Counted from the stretch's first letter, positions 39,344 through 48,574 are shown. The stretch: 64,000 nt of DNA from Bacteroidales bacterium (GCA_038210985.1 JBBQWB010000001.1:41518-105517), one strand, 5' to 3'. The notes: generated by a model from the sequence alone, not told the origin. Numbers and translations are program-made.

Positions 39344-40597
39344 TTATCGTAATTTTAAGGTTACAACCGTTAGTATTGCTAGTAAAATACCAATGATTAA
39401 AAATCGCATTACAATTTTCGATTCATGGTATCCTTTTTTTTGGTAGTGATGATGAAGTGGCGACATCAGAAAAATCCTTCTTCCTTCGCCATATTTAATT
39501 CGAGTATATTTAAACCAACTAACTTGAATCATTACCGATAATATTTGAGCGAAAAACACTCCACATAAAATAGGTATTAATAATTCTTTTCGTATAATAA
39601 TTGCAAAAACAGCTATTATTCCTCCAATGGTTAAACTGCCTGTGTCGCCCATAAATATTTGAGCAGGGAAGGTATTATACCATAAAAATCCGATGCAGGC
39701 ACCCACAAATGCACTTATAAAAATTGCCAATTCTCCTGTAAATGGTATGTACATGATGTTTAAGTAGTTAGCAAACACAATATTGCCCGACACATAGGCT
39801 AAAATTCCAAGAGTTGCTCCAATTATTGCCGATGTCCCGGTTGCTAACCCATCTATGCCATCGGTTAAATTGGCGCCATTTGACACCGCCGTAATTATAA
39901 AAATTACGATTGGAATAAAAATTAGAAAACCCCAATTTTCGTATCCATCTCCTAAAAACTTCAAAGGATCGGAATAATTTAACTCATTGTTTTTAAAAAA
40001 TGGGATAGTGGTTTTTGTTGATTTTACCGATTTTGGTGAATAAATGGATGGTGCTGTCTTGTAACTCTCAGCCTTAAACATGTTTTCGGCTTGAACATAC
40101 TTTTGGTCTTTTACCTTTTCTTTTATTACTACATCGGGATGAAAGAACATTACGGCTCCAACTATAGCTCCTAAAAATATCTGACCAATTATTTTAAATT
40201 TTCCAGAGAGTCCTTTTTTGTCTTTTTTAAATACTTTAATGTAGTCATCGATAAAACCTAGAACTCCTAGCCAGATGGTGGTAAAAATCATCAATAAAAT
40301 ATAGATATTATCGAGTTTTGCAAAAAGCAAAACGGGAATTAAAATAGCTGCTATTATAATAATTCCACCCATGGTTGGAGTGCCTTTTTTTTGCATTTGT
40401 CCAACTAAACCTAAATCGCGAATGGATTCGCCGACTTGTTTTTTTCGAAGGTAGCCAATTATGCTTCTACCAATAATTAATGTAATTATCAACGAAGTAA
40501 TAATTGCTGCTGCCGCACGAAACGAAATGTATTGAAAAACACCTGTTCCAGGTATGTGCAACGTTTTATCCATCCATTCAAATAAGTAATACAGCAT
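39344..40597 (-). CDS. mraY: Phospho-N-acetylmuramoyl-pentapeptide transferase
   Basis: Motifs [17 protein letters not shown] and [12 protein letters not shown]. Confidence 0.95.
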   Translation of the reverse strand: MLYYLFEWMDKTLHIPGTGVFQYISFRAAAAIITSLIITLIIGRSIIGYLRKKQVGESIRDLGLVGQMQKKGTPTMGGIIIIAAILIPVLLFAKLDNIYILLMIFTTIWLGVLGFIDDYIKVFKKDKKGLSGKFKIIGQIFLGAIVGAVMFFHPDVVIKEKVKDQKYVQAENMFKAESYKTAPSIYSPKSVKSTKTTIPFFKNNELNYSDPLKFLGDGYENWGFLIFIPIVIFIITAVSNGANLTDGIDGLATGTSAIIGATLGILAYVSGNIVFANYLNIMYIPFTGELAIFISAFVGACIGFLWYNTFPAQIFMGDTGSLTIGGIIAVFAIIIRKELLIPILCGVFFAQILSVMIQVSWFKYTRIKYGEGRRIFLMSPLHHHYQKKGYHESKIVMRFLIIGILLAILTVVTLKLR

Positions 40598-40606
40598 AAT
40601 CTTTTT

Positions 40607-42058
40607 TTAAATTGTTAATGCGTTTAATAATTCTTCTTTATCGTCAAAGTGAGTTTTCACTCCTTTTATTTCTTGATATTTTTCATGACCTTTTCCTGCA
40701 ACTAAAACAATGTCGCCTTTATTTGCAATCAAGCAAGCTGTTTTAATTGCTTCGTGTCGGTTTTCAATAACTAAAACTTTTTTGTTAGAATAGGAGGGAA
40801 TACCTTTTTTCATTTGTTCTAAAATATCCAAGGGTTCCTCAAATCTTGGATTGTCGGAAGTGAGAATTGTGATTTCGCTCATTTCATAAGCAATTAAAGC
40901 CATTATTGGTCGCTTTTCGGCATCTCTGTTTCCACCACATCCAACTACCGTAATAACACGTTCGGTGCCAGTACGAATATCGTGAATGGTCTCCAATACG
41001 TTTTTTAGTGCATCTGGCGTGTGTGCATAATCCACAATTGCAACAATATCCTGAGGATTTGCTAAGGATTCAAATCGTCCTTCCGCAGGTTTTAAACCGC
41101 TCATTTTTTCTAATACTTCAAGCGAATCAAATCCTAATAAGCAAGCAACAGAATAAACCGCCAAAATATTGTAAGCATTAAATTGTCCAACAATCGAAAA
41201 CCAAACCTCGTGGTCATTTATTATTAAATGTAAACCATCAAAGGAATTTTCTAATATTTTGCATTTAAAGTCGGCAAGCGTTTTTACGCTGTATGAGTAT
41301 TTTTGTGCTTTTGAGTTTTGAAGCATTACATCTCCATTTTTATCGTCAATGTTAGTAAGTGCAAATGCCGAAGAATTTAAGTTATCGAAAAATGTTTTTT
41401 TAGCTTTTAAGTACGATTCAAATGTTTTATGGTAATCCAGATGGTCGTGTGTTAAATTGCTAAAAACTCCACCTTTAAATTTTAAGCCAGCAATTCGCTT
41501 TTGAACAACTGAATGAGAACTAACTTCCATAAAGCAATATTCGCATCCCTCGTTTACCATGTCGGCTAAAAGCTTATTTAATGCAATAGAATCGGGAGTT
41601 GTGTGAGTTGAAGGGATGATTTTGTCGTTAATTTTATTTTCAACTGTTGAAAGCATTCCGCATGGAATATCCATTAATCGAAAGAGCTTGTGCAGTAAGC
41701 TTACGGTGGTAGTTTTTCCATTTGTTCCCGTTATGCCAATTAAGTGGAGTTGTTCGGAAGGGAAGTCGTAAAATGCACTGGATAGTTTTCCTAAGGCTTC
41801 GGCTGAATCCTGAACTTGAATATAGACAACGTTTTCGTTAATCATTTTTGGAAGAATTTCACAAACAATTGCACTTGCACCTTTTGCAATACAATCATCT
41901 ATAAAGTCGTGTCCATCTGATTTTGTGCCTTGCTGTGCAATATATAAGCAGTTTTCATTAGCCTGACGTGAATCAAAGCAAATAAAATCGATATGAATAT
42001 CGGTATTACCTTTTATGGATACTGCATTTATGTTTAACAAAAGCTCATTCAGTTTCAT
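40607..42058 (-). CDS. murE: UDP-N-acetylmuramoyl-L-alanyl-D-glutamate--2,6-diaminopimelate ligase
   Basis: P-loop GTNGKTTT and a DNPR motif (TSDNPRFE), which is associated with mDAP-type MurE. Confidence 0.93.
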   Translation of the reverse strand: MKLNELLLNINAVSIKGNTDIHIDFICFDSRQANENCLYIAQQGTKSDGHDFIDDCIAKGASAIVCEILPKMINENVVYIQVQDSAEALGKLSSAFYDFPSEQLHLIGITGTNGKTTTVSLLHKLFRLMDIPCGMLSTVENKINDKIIPSTHTTPDSIALNKLLADMVNEGCEYCFMEVSSHSVVQKRIAGLKFKGGVFSNLTHDHLDYHKTFESYLKAKKTFFDNLNSSAFALTNIDDKNGDVMLQNSKAQKYSYSVKTLADFKCKILENSFDGLHLIINDHEVWFSIVGQFNAYNILAVYSVACLLGFDSLEVLEKMSGLKPAEGRFESLANPQDIVAIVDYAHTPDALKNVLETIHDIRTGTERVITVVGCGGNRDAEKRPIMALIAYEMSEITILTSDNPRFEEPLDILEQMKKGIPSYSNKKVLVIENRHEAIKTACLIANKGDIVLVAGKGHEKYQEIKGVKTHFDDKEELLNALTI

Positions 42059-42069
42059 AATTCTTTAGT

Positions 42070-44415
42070 TTAATTATGTTTTTTTGGGTTTTTTATTGGT
42101 TTTATTGGTTTAGTTGGTTTTGCGTCTTGTTTTTTATCTTTTTTAGGTTCTATTTTAGGTTTTTTATTATTTTTCAATAATAATTTAATTGAATCTTGAA
42201 GAGCAACATTCATTAAGGAGTCGTTTTGATTGTAGTTAGTATATTTAGGTATGGTAGGGGTATTTAAAACTAAGTGAACAAACTCGCCTCGTTTTAACTT
42301 CGTTCCAGCTTTTATCGATTGAGAAATTACAACTCCTTTGCCTTCTATTGAAGCAATAAAACCTTGTCTTTCGATGAGGTAAACAGCATCTTTTACGCCC
42401 ATTCCTTTAACATTTGGCACTACTCCATTTTCAAATTGTTGCGATTTTAATCGTACAAAGTTCCCCGAAGTGGTATTTGCAGTTACCCATTCGGATTGAC
42501 GATTGTCGCTTAAGGTTTTATATCTCATAAAGGAGTAAATAGTCGAAATATCGGCTTGGTTGCTAGTGTATGTTAAAGGAATATTTTTAACTCGAATTGA
42601 ATCGGGTTGATATTGAGGGATGTCAATTTCGGTTGCATATACTTTATTTGCAATTTCTCTAAAAACAGGAGCAGCAACTTCGGCACCATAAAACCCTTTT
42701 CTTCTGGGATTATTGATAACTACAATACACGAAAATTTTGGATTATCTGCAGGAAAATAGCCTACAAAGGAAGCTTTATATTCCACATTTCGGGCTTCAT
42801 CTTTTTTGTTTCCGTAGCCACCTTTTTTTGCTATTTGAGCGGTTCCAGTTTTTCCTGCAATTTTAAATACCTGATTTGATAATTTTTTTGCGGTTCCATG
42901 TTCCACAACACCTTCCATACATGATTTCACTTTATCAACGGTTTTTTGGGAGCAAATTTGATTATTTAAAACAATTGGTTCGTTAGTTTTAATTATTTGT
43001 CCAGCATGACGAATTTCTTTTACAAACTGAGGTTTAACTAGTTTGCCATTGTTTGCTATTGCATTGTAAAATGCCAATAATTGTAGCGGTGTAATATGCA
43101 TTTCGTAGCCAATAGACATCCACGGAAGGGTAGTTGCCGACCAACTTTTGTTTTTATAATCTTTAATTAATGGTTCGCCTTCTCCACTAATTTCAATTCC
43201 AAGTTTATTGCCTAAACCAAATCTTTTCAGTAGGTCAACGTACGCTTGTGGTCTATCTGCAAAAACTCTTGAAACAATGGATGCAAAAGCAACGTTTGAC
43301 GAAACTTCAAATGCTCGTTTTAAACTAATGTTGCCATATCCATCTTCGTGAGAATCTTTCATCTCAAATTTTCCAAATTTCCTTTTTCCAGTAGGGACCA
43401 ATTCGTTTGTGTCAACGCGTCCGTCTTCGAGCAAGGCTACCAGCGAGGCTAACTTAAAAGTTGAGCCAGGTTCCGAACTTTCCCAAATTGCAAAGTTTAT
43501 ATCTTCACCATAACTGCCATCTGATCTGCGTTTTAAGTTTGCAATGGCACGAATAAATCCAGTTTGAACTTCCATTAATACTACACAACCATGATCGGCA
43601 CTTGTCGAATCGAGTTGTTTCATTAACGCATGTTCGGCAACATCTTGTAAGGATATATTAATAGATGTATAAATATCATTTCCATTTTGAGGTTCAATTT
43701 GATCTTCGTCGGTTAATGGCATCCATATTCCGCCCCTAATCTTTTGTTCAACTCTTCTGCCATCAATTCCTTTTAAATATTGAGTATATGCTCCTTCTAA
43801 GCCAACAAATAAACCTGTGTCTCTGCCATTTTTATTTCTCACAATTTGCTCGTATCCAATGGTTCGATATGCTAGTATTTTGTAAGGCATTTTACGAATA
43901 TTTTTTTGCTCGAAAATCAATCCTCCTTTGTTTTTGCCAAGTCGGAAAATTGGAAAATTTTTAATTTTCTTTAAATCGGTATAGGAAACCTGATCTTTAT
44001 CACTTCTAAGATTTGACCTTTTTATAGTTAAATACCTTATTTTTTTCGATTTTGCGTTTGTAAAAATCGCCTTATATTCGGAAGATGTTTTATTTTTGAA
44101 ATGATTTGCTAAACAAATAGATAAGGAGTCGATGCCTTTTTTAAATGTTGAATCCGGACAAACACTTGAATCCCAAAAAAGGTCAAAAACAGGTGCAGAA
44201 GTGGCTAAAAGGCTCCCATCTTCGGAATAAATATTTCCCCTCGATGCCTCTATTGTTCTAATGCGAACGTTTCGTTCGGAATCTGTTTTACGATATTTTT
44301 CACCTTCAGAAATTTGAATGTAGAACATTTTCCATACAATTAAAATTGCTACAATCAGCATGCTGACGTAAACAATGGATGACCTTAAAGTTATTTCGCT
44401 GCGGTTATCTGTCAT
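42070..44415 (-). CDS. ftsI: Penicillin-binding protein 3 (FtsI-type transpeptidase) with C-terminal PASTA-like domain and Lys/Pro-rich tail
   Basis: Transpeptidase motifs STFK, SSN and KTGT. The C-terminal ~65-aa segment VPNVKGMGVKDAVYLIERQGF...VISQS...G resembles PASTA. The tail reads KKPKIEPKKDKKQDAKPTKPIKPIKNPKK. Confidence 0.92.
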   Translation of the reverse strand: MTDNRSEITLRSSIVYVSMLIVAILIVWKMFYIQISEGEKYRKTDSERNVRIRTIEASRGNIYSEDGSLLATSAPVFDLFWDSSVCPDSTFKKGIDSLSICLANHFKNKTSSEYKAIFTNAKSKKIRYLTIKRSNLRSDKDQVSYTDLKKIKNFPIFRLGKNKGGLIFEQKNIRKMPYKILAYRTIGYEQIVRNKNGRDTGLFVGLEGAYTQYLKGIDGRRVEQKIRGGIWMPLTDEDQIEPQNGNDIYTSINISLQDVAEHALMKQLDSTSADHGCVVLMEVQTGFIRAIANLKRRSDGSYGEDINFAIWESSEPGSTFKLASLVALLEDGRVDTNELVPTGKRKFGKFEMKDSHEDGYGNISLKRAFEVSSNVAFASIVSRVFADRPQAYVDLLKRFGLGNKLGIEISGEGEPLIKDYKNKSWSATTLPWMSIGYEMHITPLQLLAFYNAIANNGKLVKPQFVKEIRHAGQIIKTNEPIVLNNQICSQKTVDKVKSCMEGVVEHGTAKKLSNQVFKIAGKTGTAQIAKKGGYGNKKDEARNVEYKASFVGYFPADNPKFSCIVVINNPRRKGFYGAEVAAPVFREIANKVYATEIDIPQYQPDSIRVKNIPLTYTSNQADISTIYSFMRYKTLSDNRQSEWVTANTTSGNFVRLKSQQFENGVVPNVKGMGVKDAVYLIERQGFIASIEGKGVVISQSIKAGTKLKRGEFVHLVLNTPTIPKYTNYNQNDSLMNVALQDSIKLLLKNNKKPKIEPKKDKKQDAKPTKPIKPIKNPKKHN

Positions 44416-44866
44416 TTTTTGTCGAATCCTTTTGAATCATTAATTTTATGGGCGGTGTATTATTTTCTACTACGCCAATTTCTAATAGTTTAAGCTGAAT
44501 GCTGGATTCTTTTAAGCTATCCATCATGTCCGATTTAGAAGAAATGTATTCTTGTCGAAACTCAATTAAGTCGCGTTTCGATTTTTCCAGTTTAATCATG
44601 TTGCGTTCCGCTAAATAATTATTAAAAATGTAGAGTATGGCAAATAAAAACACCATTATTATAAATTGAAAAGAGTTTAAAAACTCCTTGTGTGAAAAAA
44701 AATTTCCACCAAAAATGGAACGAAAGCCCGAACCGAATTTCTTTATGCTTACATCGGCTTGAGTCTTCATTTTCGGACGAGCCTTTTCCTTCTTCGAAGG
44801 CTCATTCGGGGCATCCATAGTTGGTTCGTCAAAAATTTCATCAGGGTCTTTATACCTGTTCTTCAT
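44405..44866 (-). CDS. ftsL: FtsL-like cell division protein (bitopic, coiled coil)
   Basis: Conserved position between rsmH and ftsI. Single TM segment (FIIMVFLFAILYIF) followed by a coiled-coil-like segment. Basic ~60-aa N-terminal extension. Confidence 0.55.
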   Translation of the reverse strand: MKNRYKDPDEIFDEPTMDAPNEPSKKEKARPKMKTQADVSIKKFGSGFRSIFGGNFFSHKEFLNSFQFIIMVFLFAILYIFNNYLAERNMIKLEKSKRDLIEFRQEYISSKSDMMDSLKESSIQLKLLEIGVVENNTPPIKLMIQKDSTKNDR

Positions 44867-44870
44867 GGTT

Positions 44871-45782
44871 TTATTTTTTTTCAGCTACTCTTAATTTGGC
44901 ACTTCTTGATCTGTTGTTTTGTTGTATTTCTTCTTCGTTTGGAACAATTGGTTTTCGGGTTATTGATTTTAGGGGTGTAAGGATGTTGCCATACATATCT
45001 TTGTTCAGTATTCCTTCAAAATTGCCGCTTTTAAAGAAATTTTTCACAATTCTATCTTCAATGGAATGATAAGATATTACCACCATTCGTCCGCCTGGTT
45101 TTAATAGTTTTTCGGCTTGTAGTATCATTGATTTTAAAGATTCAACTTCTTCGTTAACTTCTATTCGCAATGCCTGGAAAACCCTAGCATAAAAACTGTT
45201 TTCTTTACCCTTTTGAGCAAGTGGTTTTAGTATAAATAGTAAGTCCTCGATGGTTTCAATTGCTTTGCTCTCGCGGTTTTTACAAATAATCCTAGCCATT
45301 TTACGCGACTCTCTAAATTCACCAAACTGGTAAAGAATATCTGCTATTTGCTCTTCGGAGTATGTATTTACGATTATTGCACCCGTTTTTGGTTTTCGCA
45401 CGTCCATTCGTAAATCTAACGGACCATTATATCGTATCGAAAATCCTCGTTCAGGAACATCAATTTGATGAGATGAAACGCCTAAATCGGCTAGTATTCC
45501 ATCCACTTCCTTAATATTATTAAAATTCAAAAAGTTGGTTAAAAACTTAAAATTATTTGGAATTAATAAAAACCGTTCATCGTCAATGCTATTCGCAAAG
45601 GAGTCAGGGTCTTGATCAAAGCCTATTAATTTGCCAGTAGTAAGATTTTTGATTATTTCGCGAGAATGTCCACCACCACCAAAGGTAACATCCACATAGC
45701 AGCCTTCTGGTTGTATGTTAAGTCCTTCAATAGCCTGATTTAATAAAACTGGCTTATGATACGCTATTTTGTTCTGCTCCAT
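44871..45782 (-). CDS. rsmH: 16S rRNA (cytosine1402-N4)-methyltransferase
   Basis: YHKPVLL N-terminus and SAM motif DVTFGGGGHS. ISYHSIEDRIVK motif. Confidence 0.95.
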   Translation of the reverse strand: MEQNKIAYHKPVLLNQAIEGLNIQPEGCYVDVTFGGGGHSREIIKNLTTGKLIGFDQDPDSFANSIDDERFLLIPNNFKFLTNFLNFNNIKEVDGILADLGVSSHQIDVPERGFSIRYNGPLDLRMDVRKPKTGAIIVNTYSEEQIADILYQFGEFRESRKMARIICKNRESKAIETIEDLLFILKPLAQKGKENSFYARVFQALRIEVNEEVESLKSMILQAEKLLKPGGRMVVISYHSIEDRIVKNFFKSGNFEGILNKDMYGNILTPLKSITRKPIVPNEEEIQQNNRSRSAKLRVAEKK

Positions 45783-46230
45783 AATCTTTTCGAACCATTA
45801 CTTCTTCAGCCAGATTTGCAAAATCCTGAGGTTCGTCAGTAAGCAACGTTTCATACGTGGATTTATTCCAAACTTCAATCCTATTGGCATATGCAAAAAG
45901 AACTAATTCTTGTGCAATACCAGCATAAACCAACAAGTTTTTCGGTATAAGTAACCGATTGGTTGAGTCAAGCTCTAATTGAGTGGCACCTCGCATAAAA
46001 TACCGAAAGAAATCTCTGTTCTTTTTACTGAACAAGTTTAATTTATTGAGCTCCTGACTGATGGCATCCCATTCTGTCTTGGGATATACCACAAGACATT
46101 TTTCGAAGCCACGATTGATTACGAAAGTGTTCTGTGAATCTGATGTAATCTGCTTTTTTAATGCAGATGGCATCATAACACGCCCTTTCGCGTCAATCTT
46201 ACAGTCGTATTCACCCATTAAATTAATCAT
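45754..46230 (-). CDS. mraZ: Transcriptional regulator MraZ
   Basis: Two SpoVT/AbrB-like halves with DAKGRV and DSTNRLLIP motifs. First gene of the dcw cluster. Confidence 0.92.
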   Translation of the reverse strand: MINLMGEYDCKIDAKGRVMMPSALKKQITSDSQNTFVINRGFEKCLVVYPKTEWDAISQELNKLNLFSKKNRDFFRYFMRGATQLELDSTNRLLIPKNLLVYAGIAQELVLFAYANRIEVWNKSTYETLLTDEPQDFANLAEEVMVRKDYGAEQNSVS

Positions 46231-46269
46231 CGGTTTCCCCCATTTTTACAATTCTGGCAATTTTAGAGA

Positions 46270-46277
46270 CAAAAATA
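46270..46277 (-). promoter_or_regulatory. Candidate -7 promoter box of the dcw operon (TATTTTTG on the minus strand)
   Basis: TAnnTTTG match 39 nt upstream of the mraZ ATG, directly abutting the repeat operator. Confidence 0.45.
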
Positions 46278-46278
46278 T

Positions 46279-46308
46279 CCACTTTTTACCACTTTTTACC
46301 ACTTGTTG
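46279..46308 (-). promoter_or_regulatory. Probable MraZ operator: three direct 10-bp-phased repeats
   Basis: Plus strand reads CCACTTTTTA CCACTTTTTA CCACTTGTTG. The minus strand therefore carries AAAGTGG x2 plus ACAAGTGG with exact 10-nt periodicity, just upstream of the -7 box. Confidence 0.6.
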
Positions 46309-46515
46309 ATAACTTTTTTTACTATTTTATTTCAAAAAGGTTACATTAATCAAAGTTAAAACTTGAAATAGGCTGAAAATCAGAGTAATATACGATATTT
46401 ATTGTTGATAACTTTTTGAAAGTTTTTATGCTTTTAAGGAATGAAGTTTTGACTTAATTTAAAATAAATAAAAGGATGAGAATTATCGAATGATGTCATT
46501 CATAAAAAGTTTTAC

Positions 46516-46523
46516 TAAATTTG
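46516..46523 (+). promoter_or_regulatory. Candidate -7 promoter box (TAAATTTG)
   Basis: TAnnTTTG match 22 nt upstream of ATG 46546. Confidence 0.35.
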
Positions 46524-46545
46524 TTTACCAAAATATCAAAAATAA

Positions 46546-47595
46546 ATGAAAGTATCAGGACAGAACTACCGAACGATAGAAATGGAAAATGGGATTGTGA
46601 AAATGATTGATCAGAATTTATTACCATTTGATTTTAAAATAATTCACAGTTTAACTTATTCCGAAACCTGCAATCACATTCGTCAAATGACTGTTCGAGG
46701 AGCTGGAGCTATTGGTGTTGCAGGAGCTTATGCAATGGCTCAAGCGTGCAATCAAGCAAATAAGAATAATTATTTTGAATATATTCAAAAAGCAAAAACG
46801 GAGATTGAATCTACTCGTCCTACTGCCCGAAATTTATTTTATGCAGTTGAACGCGTGTATAAAGCGGCTATGATTTCGCCCCAAGATGCAAATATTGAGG
46901 CTCAGCTTATTGCAAATGAAGATGTAATTGCTTCCAAAAATATTGGTTTATATGGAAACAATATTATTCCGAAAAAAGCAAATATTTCTACACATTGTAA
47001 TGCTGGCTGGCTGGCTTTTGTGGATTATGGTTCGGCTTTATCGCCCATTTATAAAGCACATGATGAGGGAAAAGATATTCATGTTTGGGTGGATGAAACT
47101 CGACCACGAAATCAAGGAGCTCGATTAACGGCATGGGAGCTTTCAAACGAAAATGTGCCACACACAATTATTCCCGATAATGCTACTGCTTTTTTGATGC
47201 AACAAGGGAAAATAAATTTGGTTATTGTTGGTGCCGATCGGATTGCTGCAAACGGCGATACTGCTAATAAAATTGGAACTCTGGAAAAAGCTATTGCAGC
47301 AGCTTTTTATAAAATCCCGTTTTATGTGGCAGCTCCTTCTTCAACCTTTGATATTAATTGCAAAACGGGTGCTGAAATACCAATAGAATTTCGTAGTTCA
47401 GAAGAGGTTTTTTGGATTAGTGGACGGGCAAAGAACGGCTTAATTACCGAAATTATGACTTCAAATCCAGGTTCGGAAGCTTTAAATCCTGCATTTGATG
47501 TTACACCATCTGACCTTATTACAGGATTTATTACGGAAAAAGGAATTATTTTACCCAATCGTGCAAGTATCGGAAAATTAATGCTTAATGTATGA
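46546..47595 (+). CDS. mtnA: S-methyl-5-thioribose-1-phosphate isomerase (eIF-2B alpha/beta/delta-like family)
   Basis: 349 aa. MtnA-type motifs (MTVRGAGAIGVAGAYAM, THCNAG, VDETRPRNQGARLTAWEL, VGADRIAANGDTANKIGT). Confidence 0.88.
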   Translation: MKVSGQNYRTIEMENGIVKMIDQNLLPFDFKIIHSLTYSETCNHIRQMTVRGAGAIGVAGAYAMAQACNQANKNNYFEYIQKAKTEIESTRPTARNLFYAVERVYKAAMISPQDANIEAQLIANEDVIASKNIGLYGNNIIPKKANISTHCNAGWLAFVDYGSALSPIYKAHDEGKDIHVWVDETRPRNQGARLTAWELSNENVPHTIIPDNATAFLMQQGKINLVIVGADRIAANGDTANKIGTLEKAIAAAFYKIPFYVAAPSSTFDINCKTGAEIPIEFRSSEEVFWISGRAKNGLITEIMTSNPGSEALNPAFDVTPSDLITGFITEKGIILPNRASIGKLMLNV

Positions 47596-48221
47596 AAGAA
47601 GAGTATGTTGGGATTAAGTTTAAGGTTGAGTTTTTGGAAAAATTGGAACTTGCAAGTTCTAAAAAACTTTTAGAATTAATTCAATGGTGTAAGGTATTTG
47701 ATGAATTTAATTTAGCTCCTCCATACAATGGTGGCTCGGCAGGAAATCTTAGTTTTAGAGCCGAAGTTGGAAAAAATGAAATGGTTATTACCGGAACTAA
47801 AATAGGTTTAAAAAACAACTTAACTTTCGATAAGTTTGTAACCATTAAAAATGCGGATGTTAAGCAAAATTTAGTTCAAGTTGTTGGTTTAATCGAACCA
47901 TCTTCCGAAAGTATGTTGCATTGGGAAATATACAAAGCACAACCCGAAATAAATGCCATTTTTCACGGTCATTCAGATGTTTTTTTGGATGCTTCTCAAA
48001 AACTAAAATGGACTGAAACGGAGAATGACGTTCCTTATGGTTCTGCAAATTTAGTTGAGGAGGTGCTTCGAGTTTTAAAAAATAACGATATTATAATTAT
48101 TAAAAATCATGGTTTTTTAATATTGGGTAAAAGTATGGACGAAACGGGTGTTTTAACTATGCAAAAACGGAAGGAAGCCTTGTTGGTGATTCGCCGAAGC
48201 GAACCAACAAGGGCAAAATGA
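47592..48221 (+). CDS. Class II aldolase/adducin-fold protein (MtnB dehydratase or DHAP-shunt aldolase type)
   Basis: 4-nt overlap with mtnA. Metal-binding His cluster (SESMLHWEIY, IFHGHS). The last ~15 codons read into a GC-rich repeat hairpin. Confidence 0.7.
   Translation: MKEEYVGIKFKVEFLEKLELASSKKLLELIQWCKVFDEFNLAPPYNGGSAGNLSFRAEVGKNEMVITGTKIGLKNNLTFDKFVTIKNADVKQNLVQVVGLIEPSSESMLHWEIYKAQPEINAIFHGHSDVFLDASQKLKWTETENDVPYGSANLVEEVLRVLKNNDIIIIKNHGFLILGKSMDETGVLTMQKRKEALLVIRRSEPTRAK
48178..48212. repeat. GC-rich hairpin repeat, module A (contains CCAACAAGGGCAA)
   Basis: CCTTGTTGG(TGA)TTCGC / CGAA / GCGAA CCAACAAGG. The 13-mer CCAACAAGGGCAA recurs at 61260-61272. Confidence 0.7.
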
Positions 48222-48257
48222 CAAAAGCTTCTCATTTACCCCAGCGATTTGTCATTC

Positions 48258-48365
48258 CAATCCGACAACTGGCGGAGAGGAACAATCGGATTGCTCGGAT
48301 TTGTAATCCGAGTTTTCATTGTAATCCGAGTAATTTTTTCGTGCGTTCGGATTGCAAATCCGAAC
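48258..48365. repeat. Cluster of GC-rich hairpin repeats, module B (TCGGATT-NNN-AATCCGA)
   Basis: CAATCCGA(48258-65)/TCGGATTG(48286-93). CTCGGATT-TGT-AATCCGAG (48294-48312). Half copy TGTAATCCGAG (48320-30). GTTCGGATT-GCA-AATCCGAAC (48345-48365, 9-bp perfect stem). Confidence 0.8.
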
Positions 48366-48441
48366 TAGCTCTCTAGCTATTTATAGCTAAGTCATTCCGA
48401 TATTTTTTAACTGTGAAACACTGTGAATTCGCTTTAGCGAC

Positions 48442-48461
48442 CAGTTCGCCGCGGCGAACTG
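48442..48461. repeat. Perfect 20-nt GC-rich palindrome
   Basis: CAGTTCGCCG|CGGCGAACTG, 144 nt upstream of the ahcY start. Confidence 0.7.
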
Positions 48462-48566
48462 TGTAACATTTTTTCACCATATTAAACTTTATATAAGATT
48501 TGAAATAGTAAAAAAAAGTCTATAAATCTGTTTATTTGTATTGTTATTTTATTTGTCAGTTTTTTG

Positions 48567-48574
48567 TAACTTTG
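48567..48574 (+). promoter_or_regulatory. Candidate -7 promoter box (TAACTTTG) for ahcY
   Basis: TAnnTTTG match 30 nt upstream of ATG 48605, with TTG elements 11-28 nt upstream. Confidence 0.4.

Noticed and set aside
39344-42058. murF missing between murE and mraY, and no ddl in the dcw cluster
   Set aside because: To my knowledge this gene order is the usual Bacteroidota arrangement, with murF and ddl encoded elsewhere. It is not a deletion.
46279-46417. DnaA-box-like sequences (TTATCAACA x2, ATATCCACT) as a replication origin
   Set aside because: There are only two or three imperfect boxes, no adjacent AT-rich unwinding repeats distinct from background, and no dnaA/dnaN context. They are reported only as a possible regulatory repeat.
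48258-48365. Repeated hairpins considered as a CRISPR array
   Set aside because: The units are only 17-21 nt, irregularly spaced, in mixed orientation and without unique spacers of constant length. No cas genes are present in the window.
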